Assembly: GCA_964369475.1 (NCBI GenBank) | Contig: CAYJFK010000020.1 | Span: 13,370-37,369, forward strand | Direction of reading: 5' to 3' | Length of the DNA stretch: 24,000 nt | Source of the DNA: an uncultured Oscillospiraceae bacterium | Lineage (GTDB): Bacteria > Bacillota > Clostridia > Oscillospirales > Feifaniaceae | In this document: positions 14,812 to 22,931 of the stretch, piece after piece | How positions within the stretch are numbered: the stretch's first letter is position 1 | Layout: every line of letters starts with the position of its first letter | Translations under genes and position numbers: made by a program | Notes under the pieces: generated by a model | What the model was told of the DNA's origin: nothing | The model's database searches: none | Seen by the model: the letters and a program-made list of their open reading frames with translations, nothing else

Positions 14812-15252
14812 TAAAAAAACCACAAACTCCAAAAGCCCCTCCAAGACCTTCTCCCCAATGCCGGAGACCGCCAGTAAATCTTCTGCCTCGCTGTATGGCC
14901 TGCCCTCTATAATGCGCTCAGCTATTGTCGGGCCTATGCCGGGGAGGGTGTCGAGTAGGTCGGCAGGGGCGCTGTTTATGTCTATCTTGCCGTCTATTAT
15001 ATACTGCGGTGGCGTAGTGTCGTTTTGCTCCGACTGCACTAAAGTGCCGTCTCCATAGCCGACACGATTGCCGCCCAAAAGGAGCATGGCAAGGCAAGAG
15101 CATAGCAAAATGGCAAAGAGCACAAGATAAAACCCAACAGACCCTCGCCTTACCGCCCTTTTCTCGGGCAGAGGTGAGGCCGTATGGCCTCCCTCGTCTT
15201 TGCTCATGAGCAGCGATATATAATGCTCCGAGTCACGCTTGTTACTATCCAC
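14806..15252 (-). CDS. comEA: ComEA family helix-hairpin-helix DNA-binding protein
   Basis: 148 aa, GTG start with GGGGGTG RBS and one TM helix. C-terminal HhH repeats (INSAPADLLDTLPGIGPTIAERII...LLAVSGIGEKVLEGL). Confidence 0.85.
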   Translation of the reverse strand: MDSNKRDSEHYISLLMSKDEGGHTASPLPEKRAVRRGSVGFYLVLFAILLCSCLAMLLLGGNRVGYGDGTLVQSEQNDTTPPQYIIDGKIDINSAPADLLDTLPGIGPTIAERIIEGRPYSEAEDLLAVSGIGEKVLEGLLEFVVFLK

Positions 15253-15359
15253 CTCGCACCCCCTTTAATTTGAGCGCAAAAAGTAGCCCTCACTCGGGCG
15301 ACTGAGCACCAACCGAGATAGGCTCTCTCGGTGGAGCGCCCCACCTACAAGCGGCTCGC

Positions 15360-16568
15360 CTACCGCTTTCTTCTCGGCTTAGGTGGTGACGGCGCTCGCA
15401 TCGGCTTGCGCTCGGGTTCTTCCTCGGTCTCGACAATTTCAAGCTCGCCCTTGGAATTAAACCTCACCAAAACCGCCTTAGCCCCCGATATACGAGCGAG
15501 CTCACGCAGTTTTGGAGCATCGTCCTCGCCATAGAAGAAGGTGTAGGACTCGCCCTCCTTGCCTGCCCTGCCCGTTCTGCCAATTCGGTGCAGATAGTGG
15601 GCGGCCTCGTCGGGTATATCGTAGTTTATAACGGCATCAACACCGCTAACGTCAATGCCCCTTGCCGCAACATCGGTCGCCACAAGAACGGGCAGTGTGC
15701 CGGCTTTAAAATCCCTCATAACCTTTGTTCGTGCCTGCTGACGCATGTCGCCATGCAGACAATCTGCCTTAAGCCCACGCTCCTTTAGCCTAAGGGTCAG
15801 CATATCTGCCATACGCTTTGTGTTGACAAATACAACAACACGCTCGAACTGCTTTGTCATTATAATTCGTGCCGTATCCTTTGTCTTTTGCGTGCCGACA
15901 CCCTCGATAATAAACTGCTTTATCTTTGGAATGTCCTCCTTGGAGCGTGTAACGGTAATCTCCTCGGGCTCTTTTTGGTAAAGCCACGAAATGTCCATTA
16001 CCTCCCTCGATATTGTCGCAGAGAACATGTTAAGAGTGCGTTCTTTGGAAGTTTTTTCTATTATATAGCAAACATCTTTGTAAAAACCCATGTCGAGCAT
16101 CTTGTCGCACTCGTCGAGCACAATTCTGCGCACACCGTCAAGCCGAACATGACGCTGCTTAAAGAGATCGATAAGCCGCCCCGGTGTCGCCACAAGTATT
16201 TGCGGCTTTTTCTTTAGGGCCTGCACCTGACGTGCTATCGGGTCGCCGCCATATACCGTTACAATATTAATGCCCTCTTTATGCTTCGAGAGTGCCTTTA
16301 AATCCTCGCCTATCTGCACGGCAAGCTCCCTCGTAGGAGCGAGCACAATGGCCTCTATAAAACTGCCGCTCGTAGCGCTCTCGATAAGCGGCACACCAAA
16401 TGCACATGTCTTGCCCGTTCCTGTCGGCGCCTTTGCAACGACCTCGCCGCCCGAAAGTAAAATAGGCAGTGCCTTTTGCTGAATTTCCGTCATCTCTACA
16501 TAACCCATATCGTCTATGGCGCTCTGCACCTCGGCCGATAGGTTTAGAGATATAAATGTGTTGTCCAA
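15360..16568 (-). CDS. DEAD-box ATP-dependent RNA helicase (DECD variant)
   Basis: 402 aa, TTG start with AGGTGA RBS. Q motif (TEIQ), motif I AKAPTGTGKT, motif II DECD, SAT, and motif VI HRIGRTGRAG. Basic C-terminal tail. Confidence 0.9.
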   Translation of the reverse strand: MDNTFISLNLSAEVQSAIDDMGYVEMTEIQQKALPILLSGGEVVAKAPTGTGKTCAFGVPLIESATSGSFIEAIVLAPTRELAVQIGEDLKALSKHKEGINIVTVYGGDPIARQVQALKKKPQILVATPGRLIDLFKQRHVRLDGVRRIVLDECDKMLDMGFYKDVCYIIEKTSKERTLNMFSATISREVMDISWLYQKEPEEITVTRSKEDIPKIKQFIIEGVGTQKTKDTARIIMTKQFERVVVFVNTKRMADMLTLRLKERGLKADCLHGDMRQQARTKVMRDFKAGTLPVLVATDVAARGIDVSGVDAVINYDIPDEAAHYLHRIGRTGRAGKEGESYTFFYGEDDAPKLRELARISGAKAVLVRFNSKGELEIVETEEEPERKPMRAPSPPKPRRKR

Positions 16569-16604
16569 GTTAATTCACCTGTATCTTTTTTATTTTATTT
16601 TTGT

Positions 16605-16656
16605 AGTCTATCACATTTATCAAGATATTGCAAATGTGATAAATACAGTGTATAAT
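16605..16656. promoter_or_regulatory. Back-to-back divergent promoters sharing one palindromic -35 hexamer, inside a 10-bp inverted repeat
   Basis: TTGCAA (16628-16633) is its own reverse complement. On the + strand it is followed by 17 nt and TATAAT (16651-16656). On the - strand it is followed by 17 nt and TAGACT (16605-16610). IR TATCACATTT (16609-16618) / AAATGTGATA (16632-16641). Confidence 0.45.
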
Positions 16657-16693
16657 GGCATAATAAACCATATATTAAAGGAGGCGAATTTTT

Positions 16694-17734
16694 GTGGATA
16701 AAGCTGTTATAAGAAGAAATATTAAAAAAAGGGCAAAAGAATCACTAAAAGGGTCTCGTTTTGCCGCATGGGGAGTGCTGATAATACCGGTTATTTTAAC
16801 CTTAGCATTTGCCATGATAGACCTTATGATAACCTTTGGGCTTGGCTATCCACTCGATACGCCGAGCGAAATATTGGCTCAGGACAGCACCTATGTAATT
16901 CTTACATTAATAACGGGAGTTATTAGCTTCCTTCTCGTAACTCCTGTGCTCTATGGTATAAGAGAATGGTTCTTAGAACTTGGCGACGGACGAAAACAGC
17001 CCGTAACATTTGCCTTTGGCTGGTACTCCTCCCTTGCCTTCTACGGAAAAAGCATAGGGCAGTCTCTACTTGTCGGCATACTGTCTACACTTTGGAGCTT
17101 GCTCTTTATAGTACCACTTGTCTTTGCAATTCCCCCACTTGCAGTATTGGCGACGGTCATTGCGAGAAATATTGTAATATTCGGAGTGGAACTTGCCTTT
17201 ATCATAGTGTATATGGCAATCATTCTCCCCATCATGCTGGTAAGCATATTCCTTACACGGTATGCCGCCGCACCCTATATAATAATACTTCACCCCGAGC
17301 GTACCGTTGTGCAAACTATTGGCGACAGCACAAGGCTTATGAAGGGGCACAAATGGGAATACTTTGTATTTGTTCTAAGCTTTTTCCTAAACTTTTTGCT
17401 AATACCGCTAACGATCGGTATAGCTGCATTTTGGGTCGTGCCCTACTTTAACCAAGCAAGCGCACTTTTCTTTAAATATATAGAAGATTTCGACACGATG
17501 CGCAACCACTCATTCGACGACATACCGCAAGGCGGAAGTTACAGCGGCAGTCATAGCGGCCATGTAAACCTAACCCCCGAGGAGGTCTTAGACCTGCAAG
17601 GTGCACCGATAGAAAAGAGCACGCCTACCATAGAATTTGACTCGTCGAGATACAGGGACTACCTAAAGAGCGGCGACGACATGGGCGACACAACAGAAAT
17701 ATACGACGGCACAAACCAAGAACCCCCTCAGTAG
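16694..17734 (+). CDS. DUF975 family integral membrane protein
   Basis: 346 aa, GTG start 9 nt after GGAGG. Multi-pass TM core with a hydrophilic C-terminal tail, as is typical of DUF975. Confidence 0.7.
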   Translation: MDKAVIRRNIKKRAKESLKGSRFAAWGVLIIPVILTLAFAMIDLMITFGLGYPLDTPSEILAQDSTYVILTLITGVISFLLVTPVLYGIREWFLELGDGRKQPVTFAFGWYSSLAFYGKSIGQSLLVGILSTLWSLLFIVPLVFAIPPLAVLATVIARNIVIFGVELAFIIVYMAIILPIMLVSIFLTRYAAAPYIIILHPERTVVQTIGDSTRLMKGHKWEYFVFVLSFFLNFLLIPLTIGIAAFWVVPYFNQASALFFKYIEDFDTMRNHSFDDIPQGGSYSGSHSGHVNLTPEEVLDLQGAPIEKSTPTIEFDSSRYRDYLKSGDDMGDTTEIYDGTNQEPPQ

Positions 17735-17803
17735 GCGAGGGCATATTCGTATAGCAAAGGCATATTAGACAAGCTGTCTTAATTATAAGGAGGAAGAAAG
17801 AAA

Positions 17804-19765
17804 ATGAGCGACAAGAACACCTTTTACATCTCGACCCCAATCTACTATCCGTCGGACAACCTGCATATAGGACATGCCTATTGCACGGTAGCGGCAGATG
17901 CGATGGCACGCTTTAAGCGTCTTGAGGGGTTTGACGTTATGTTCCTAACAGGAACGGACGAGCACGGCCAAAAGATCGAGGGCAAGGCGACAGAGGCCGG
18001 CAAGACACCAAAGCAGTATGTCGACGACATTGTAGACGGCATACACAAGCTATGGGATCTAATGGGCATATCGCACGATAAATTTATAAGAACGACAGAC
18101 GACTACCACAAGGAAGCCGTTCAAAAGATATTTAAAATGCTCTACGACAAGGGCGACATATACAAGAGCGAATACGAGGGTCTATACTGCACACCTTGCG
18201 AATCCTTTTGGACAGAGCATCAGCTTGTAGACGGCAAATGCCCCGACTGCGGCAGAGATGTTGAGAAGACAAAGGAAGAGAGCTACTTCTTTAAGCTCTC
18301 CAAGTACCAAAAACAACTCGAGGACTACTACGAGGCACACCCCGACTTTATCTCCCCACAGTCGAGACTAAACGAGATGCTCTCGAACTTCATTCGCCCG
18401 GGACTCGAAGATCTCTGCGTTTCCCGTACCTCCTTTAAATGGGGTATCCCTGTAAGTTTCGACGATAAGCATGTCGTATATGTTTGGGTCGATGCCCTCT
18501 CCAACTACATCACAGCGCTCGGCTGGGGAAGTGACGACGACAGCCTATTTAAGAAATACTGGCCTGCCGATGTTCACCTTGTAGGCAAGGAGATCGTGCG
18601 CTTCCACACAATTATATGGCCTGCAATGCTAATGGCGCTCGACATGGAGCTACCCAAAATGGTATACGGTCACGGCTGGCTACTGCTCCAAGGCGGCAAG
18701 ATGAGCAAGTCCAAGGGCAATGTTGTAGACCCTGCCGTTTTGTGCGAGAGATACGGCAGAGATGCAATACGCTACTTCCTACTTCGTGAAGTGCCATTCG
18801 GTTCAGACGGTGTTTTCTCAAACGAAGCACTTATAAACCGCATAAACTCCGACCTTGCCAACGACCTTGGCAACCTCGTAAGCCGTACCCTGACAATGGC
18901 TGGCAAATTCTTTGGCGGCACTATTACCCCCTCGGGCGTTACAGACGAGTTTGACGCTTCTCTAAAGGCACAGCTCGACGAGAGCGTTAAGGCATACCAC
19001 GGCGAGATGAACAAAATGATGTTCTCGACAGCATATGCCGAGGTATTCAAGCTCGTTTCACGCTCGAACAAATATATCGACGAGACAATGCCGTGGAAAC
19101 TCTCGAAAAACGAGGAGACAATGCCACGCCTGCAAGAGGTTATATACAACCTTTGCGAGACCATCCGTGTTATAGCTATACTCTGCCAAGCGGCAATGCC
19201 TACAACGAGCGAGAAGATTTTAAACTTCTTCGGTGTGTCTGAGGCCGCTCGTGCTTGGGACAGTGTCTACGAGTTTGGCAAGACTGCCGAGTTTAAGACA
19301 GAAAAGGGCGAAATTTTGTTCCCCAGAATCGATCTTGCCGAGGAGATGAAGAAGCTCGAAAAGGAAGAGTCAAAGCGCAAGTCGGCAGCCGAGAAGGCCG
19401 CTAAAAAGGCTGCAAAGGAAGCCGAGAAAAACGCTCCAAAGCCAATAATCGAGTACGACGACTTTGCCAAGATGGACTTTAGAGTGGCCAAAATCGAAAA
19501 CTGCGAGATCGTCGAAAACTCCGACAAGATGCTAAAACTATACCTCGATGTGGGCGGCGAAAAGCGCACCATTGCCTCGTCAATTCGTGAGTGGTACACA
19601 CCCGAGCAGCTAATAGGCCGCAACATTATTATCGTTGCAAACCTAAAGCCAGCCGTTATAAGGGGTGTAGAGTCGCAAGGAATGCTCCTTGCGTGTGATA
19701 ACACCGAGACCGACTGCAAGGTTATATTTGCCGACGAGTGCACACCGGGCAAGCCTGTTAGATAG
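17804..19765 (+). CDS. metG: Methionine--tRNA ligase with C-terminal tRNA-binding (Trbp111-like) domain
   Basis: 653 aa with HIGH motif (NLHIGHAY), KMSKS (GKMSKSKGN) and a zinc knuckle (CTPCE...CPDCG). C-terminal FRVAKIENCEIVENSDKMLKLYLDVG. Confidence 0.95.
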   Translation: MSDKNTFYISTPIYYPSDNLHIGHAYCTVAADAMARFKRLEGFDVMFLTGTDEHGQKIEGKATEAGKTPKQYVDDIVDGIHKLWDLMGISHDKFIRTTDDYHKEAVQKIFKMLYDKGDIYKSEYEGLYCTPCESFWTEHQLVDGKCPDCGRDVEKTKEESYFFKLSKYQKQLEDYYEAHPDFISPQSRLNEMLSNFIRPGLEDLCVSRTSFKWGIPVSFDDKHVVYVWVDALSNYITALGWGSDDDSLFKKYWPADVHLVGKEIVRFHTIIWPAMLMALDMELPKMVYGHGWLLLQGGKMSKSKGNVVDPAVLCERYGRDAIRYFLLREVPFGSDGVFSNEALINRINSDLANDLGNLVSRTLTMAGKFFGGTITPSGVTDEFDASLKAQLDESVKAYHGEMNKMMFSTAYAEVFKLVSRSNKYIDETMPWKLSKNEETMPRLQEVIYNLCETIRVIAILCQAAMPTTSEKILNFFGVSEAARAWDSVYEFGKTAEFKTEKGEILFPRIDLAEEMKKLEKEESKRKSAAEKAAKKAAKEAEKNAPKPIIEYDDFAKMDFRVAKIENCEIVENSDKMLKLYLDVGGEKRTIASSIREWYTPEQLIGRNIIIVANLKPAVIRGVESQGMLLACDNTETDCKVIFADECTPGKPVR

Positions 19766-19793
19766 CTTTGCATTACGCAATTTTTATAAACCT

Positions 19794-19840
19794 TACCCCC
19801 TTTGGGCGATATGCCTTGAGGGGGTATTTTTCTTTTTTTA
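19794..19840 (+). terminator. metG intrinsic terminator
   Basis: Stem TACCCCCT (19794-19801) / AGGGGGTA (19819-19826) followed by TTTTTCTTTTTTT. Confidence 0.75.
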
Positions 19841-20011
19841 CAAAAAGAGCTAAAAATCTCAAAGAGATAAATGCAAATGAATTTAAATTGTTTACACCCA
19901 GTTAAAATCCCCCTGTTTACAAGAGTGGTATTTGTGTGGTATCATTACATGTATTTATGTTACAGTTTGCAAAATAGATACAGGGCAAAACTATAAATGG
20001 AAGGTGTTTTT

Positions 20012-20413
20012 ATGCAAGATATGCAGGTTTTTTACTTCACAAAAACAGGGCGCAGTCAGATGGTGGCAAAGAGCATTGCCGATAAATTCGGAGTGCTCTC
20101 TAATCAGATAATAGACAAAGAAAATTGGGACGGTGTTGTGGGCTTTTTAAAGGGCGGCGCTAAGGCCTCCAAGGAGGAGCGCACCGAGATAAAACATGCC
20201 GCCATAGAAGAAGGCAAGGAGATAGTGCTTGTTTTCCCCGTCTGGGCAGGAAAATTTCCCCCTGCTGTAAATGCCTTTATGGAGGGTGTCGACCGCTCTA
20301 TTGTAACGCTCGTCGCAACCTCGCTCGGCACAAAGATTAAGGACAGAGAGGGCTATAAAAAGGTTATAGACCTTGTAGGCAAAGACATTTCCGGAATGGA
20401 AATAGATATATAG
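20012..20413 (+). CDS. Flavodoxin-like fold protein
   Basis: Start set at ATG 20012 (MQDMQVFYFTKTGRSQMVAKSIA...), which has a better RBS than the track start at 19997. The N-terminal FYFTKTGRS loop resembles the flavodoxin phosphate-binding loop. Confidence 0.55.
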   Translation: MQDMQVFYFTKTGRSQMVAKSIADKFGVLSNQIIDKENWDGVVGFLKGGAKASKEERTEIKHAAIEEGKEIVLVFPVWAGKFPPAVNAFMEGVDRSIVTLVATSLGTKIKDREGYKKVIDLVGKDISGMEIDI

Positions 20414-20534
20414 ATTGCATAAGCGAGAGGTTAAATAGCGATAGATTGAAGGTCTCTCGAAATGGCATGTGTTTTTGCTCATCGGGGCAGATCGTTAAAA
20501 GTAAAACTTTATGTACTATAATAGGAGGGCAACA

Positions 20535-21551
20535 ATGGAGGGCGAAAAGACAGGACTTTTAGAGGCGAGCTCGGAGCTGCCGCTCGAGCTTGAGGAAAAA
20601 GAATCAAACAATGCCGAGCTGTCGGCAGATTTGGCAGAGAAAGAGTCGGCAGAGAAAGAGCTTACTACATCCGATAAATCTAACTTTATCAAGGGGGCAA
20701 TTTGCATACTTCTTGCCGCCCTTGGATTTTCATTAAATCAGGCAATATCAAACTACCTCGGCTCGACTGTCGGTGTTTTTGAAAAACTGGTATTTCTAAA
20801 TTTAGTGCCGATGGCAATATTCGGCTTTTTGATTTGGAAAGAGCATATACCAATGCTGGGCGGTAAGCCGTCGCTAATGATTTCGAGATGCCTATTCGGG
20901 CTTTTTTCCTCCGTCTTAACAATAACGGCAAGCACATTTAGTAGCAGACCGCTATTCGAGCTAACAGTGCTCTCCTCGACCTCGGCGATATTTTCCATGA
21001 TCTCAGCGGCACTCTGGCTAAAGGAAAAGGTAACAAAAGCGCAGATAATTATAATAATTGTATGCTTTGTCGGTGTCGTAGTAACGGTGCGACCCTCGCC
21101 ACAGCTATTTACCGATCCCTTTTGGCTCTTTGCCCTCGGCGGTGCGGCATTTGCAGGGGTCGCCTATACAATTGTCAGAAGCCTAAAAAACTATGCACAC
21201 CCCTATGCAGTGGTATTTTGCTTTGGAGCTGTCTCCTTTTTGGGCTCGGTGCCGATGTATATATACGAGCTCTACCAAGGCGCAGGAATGCCGACATTTT
21301 CGCAGTTTATATACATGATGCTAATGGGAGTAACAATAGCCTTCGGACAGTACTTCCTAAACCTCGGCTACCGCCTTGCAGATGCCTCTAAGGTATCACC
21401 ATTCCTATATGTGCAAAATGTATATTCGCTTATAATCTCGCTCTTTATATTCGGTCAGACAGTAACGATATTCTCCTATATAGGGGCGGCGCTGATAATT
21501 GGCGGAAATTATGCAAATTTAATCGTATCAAGAAAAAAAGCGGCACAGTAG
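20535..21551 (+). CDS. EamA/DMT family transporter with acidic N-terminal extension
   Basis: Start set at ATG 20535, 7 nt after GGAGGG (track start 20511). About 10 TM helices in two EamA-like halves. Confidence 0.8.
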   Translation: MEGEKTGLLEASSELPLELEEKESNNAELSADLAEKESAEKELTTSDKSNFIKGAICILLAALGFSLNQAISNYLGSTVGVFEKLVFLNLVPMAIFGFLIWKEHIPMLGGKPSLMISRCLFGLFSSVLTITASTFSSRPLFELTVLSSTSAIFSMISAALWLKEKVTKAQIIIIIVCFVGVVVTVRPSPQLFTDPFWLFALGGAAFAGVAYTIVRSLKNYAHPYAVVFCFGAVSFLGSVPMYIYELYQGAGMPTFSQFIYMMLMGVTIAFGQYFLNLGYRLADASKVSPFLYVQNVYSLIISLFIFGQTVTIFSYIGAALIIGGNYANLIVSRKKAAQ

Positions 21552-21605
21552 TCAGACTGGAGAAAAACCTAAAGTCAAGCCCCTTCGGAAGGAGGGGGAG
21601 CGGCG

Positions 21606-21721
21606 AGGGGGCACCATCAGGGTGCCCCCTGGCGTTAAATTCCCGCCCCGTGGGCGTTAAAATCAGCTTTAGCTGATTTCTCAGCTTGGAGAAAACGCTT
21701 CTCCAAGCTGCAGTAGTTTTT
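21606..21721 (+). repeat. Train of four short hairpins downstream of the DMT gene (arm-less relative of the mosaic modules?); the last one is terminator-like
   Basis: AGGGGGCACC-ATCAG-GGTGCCCCCT (21606-21630). CGCCC-CGT-GGGCG (21645-21657). AAATCAGC-TTTA-GCTGATTT (21660-21679). CAGCTTGGAGAA-AACGC-TTCTCCAAGCTG (21682-21710) followed by ...TTTTT. Direct repeat GGCGTTAAA occurs twice. Confidence 0.55.
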
Positions 21722-21818
21722 GCTTGCAGAGACCTCATATTTTTTTGCAAAGAGCGTGTTTTTGCGTTTTTAGGTTATATATAACAATTAAATTATGAGA
21801 AAATATGCAAAAATGCTA

Positions 21819-21847
21819 TTGATGTATAGCAAATGTTATGCTATAAT
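21819..21847 (+). promoter_or_regulatory. Promoter of the small membrane protein gene
   Basis: TTGATG (21819-21824), 17-nt spacer, TATAAT (21842-21847). Confidence 0.55.
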
Positions 21848-21880
21848 TAAATATACTAAATATATAAAGGAGGGTGCAAG

Positions 21881-22156
21881 GTGTTTTTATTCAAGATTTT
21901 CGACTGGTCGCTCGAGAGGCTACGCAACTTCTCAATCTTTGATTTTGGTCTTTTTAAGTTTGCAATGTTTTTTATAGGGGTATTGTTCGCAATATTCACG
22001 GCGGATTTTTGGAAGGGCAAAACAAAGCTCGCCGCAGCCCTTGCAGGCGGCTTCTCACTCGCTCTGCTACTTCGCCTACTATTCGGCACCACCTATTATG
22101 AGATAGATGCAGACCCGGAGATGTACTTCGATGGCGAAATAGACATGGAAATGTAA
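21881..22156 (+). CDS. Hypothetical small membrane protein
   Basis: 91 aa, GTG start 6 nt after AAGGAGGG. Two hydrophobic segments and an acidic C-terminus. Confidence 0.6.
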   Translation: MFLFKIFDWSLERLRNFSIFDFGLFKFAMFFIGVLFAIFTADFWKGKTKLAAALAGGFSLALLLRLLFGTTYYEIDADPEMYFDGEIDMEM

Positions 22157-22157
22157 C

Positions 22158-22185
22158 TAAAAAAGAGGGGCAACCCTCTTTTTTG
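22158..22185. terminator. Intrinsic terminator
   Basis: A6 - AGAGGG - GCAA - CCCTCT - T5. Confidence 0.75.
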
Positions 22186-22215
22186 TTTGCATAAACCGTT
22201 ACCACACTATATATC

Positions 22216-22244
22216 TTGCGTTTTTATCCGAAATGGGGTATAAT
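22216..22244 (+). promoter_or_regulatory. Promoter firing directly into foldback element 4
   Basis: TTGCGT (22216-22221), 17-nt spacer, TATAAT (22239-22244). The left arm of the element starts at about 22249-22253. Confidence 0.55.
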
Positions 22245-22248
22245 GATT

Positions 22249-22389
22249 AAAGAAGTAATAAGTAATAGTTAAGAAGTAATAAGAATGGTAACTTAATTGA
22301 CGTTGGCAATTAAGTATTGAATATAATATTAGAAAAACCCAAAGGTTTTTCCACCATAGTTATTACTTATTCACTCTTACTTATTACCT
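22249..22389. repeat. Heptad-armed foldback element 4: arm - A - B - arm' (minimal form)
   Basis: Arm AAGTAAT AAGTAAT AGTTAAG AAGTAAT AAGAATG G (22253-22288). A is CTTAATTGAC-GTT-GGCAATTAAG (one mismatch). B is GAAAAACC-CAAA-GGTTTTTC (22332-22351). The inverted arm spans 22354-22389. Confidence 0.85.
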
Positions 22390-22408
22390 AAAAAAGGGGG
22401 TTCTTATT

Positions 22409-22639
22409 TTGACAGCAAAAAAATGGGGGTCGCTTGTGGCGCCTTTGGTCGTGACGGTACTGCTTTGCATGTATTTTGCATTTTGGGGATTTGCACTGAT
22501 CTTTACACCTTCTAACATATTGTTTAAGGTGCTGGCCTGTGGAATTCCCGCATGTTTAATTGTTGTAAGTTTGTACAACCTAATACACAGATATAACGAA
22601 TTAAAAGGAGGAATAGAAGATGATCTTGACAACTACTGA
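22409..22639 (+). CDS. Hypothetical two-TM small membrane protein
   Basis: 76 aa, TTG start 8 nt after GGGGG. Two hydrophobic helices. Overlaps the ybjQ start by 20 nt. Confidence 0.55.
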   Translation: MTAKKWGSLVAPLVVTVLLCMYFAFWGFALIFTPSNILFKVLACGIPACLIVVSLYNLIHRYNELKGGIEDDLDNY

Positions 22640-22931
22640 AAACATCCCCGGAAAAACATACGAGATAATCGGACTTGCAAGGGGGTCTACCGTGCAGTCT
22701 AAAAACTTCGGCAAGGACATTATGTCGGGACTTAAAGGCCTTGTCGGCGGCGAAATATCGGCATATACCGAAATGATGAACGAGGCAAGGGCAATAGCGA
22801 CAAAGCGCATGGTAGAGGATGCCCAAATGCAAGGCGCAAATGCCATAGTAATGATGCGCTACTCCTCCTCCGCTGTAATGCAATCAGCAGCTGAGGTAAT
22901 AGCATATGGTACGGCGGTTAGGATACTTTAG
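22620..22931 (+). CDS. ybjQ: YbjQ family protein (UPF0145, heavy-metal-binding domain)
   Basis: 103 aa. MILTTTENIPGKTYEIIGLARGSTVQSKNFGKDIMSGLKGLVGGEISAYTEMMNEAR... is the canonical YbjQ pattern. AGGAGG RBS. Confidence 0.88.
   Translation: MILTTTENIPGKTYEIIGLARGSTVQSKNFGKDIMSGLKGLVGGEISAYTEMMNEARAIATKRMVEDAQMQGANAIVMMRYSSSAVMQSAAEVIAYGTAVRIL

Noticed and set aside
15329-15337. Third copy of GGTGGAGCG (also in the 18-bp IR at 7756-7764 and 8052-8060) in the comEA/helicase spacer, next to CCTACAAG versus CTTGTAGG at 8065-8072.
   Set aside because: These are short 8-9-mers whose co-occurrence is within chance expectation for a 24-kb window. The local hairpin (15311-15334) is adequately explained as the helicase terminator region.
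17735-17803. T-box leader upstream of metG.
   Set aside because: The spacer is only 69 nt. It has no specifier/antiterminator architecture and no T-box sequence.
21445-21750. 101-aa minus-strand ORF across the hairpin train.
   Set aside because: It overlaps the 3' end of the DMT gene and consists of translated palindromes. It has no RBS.
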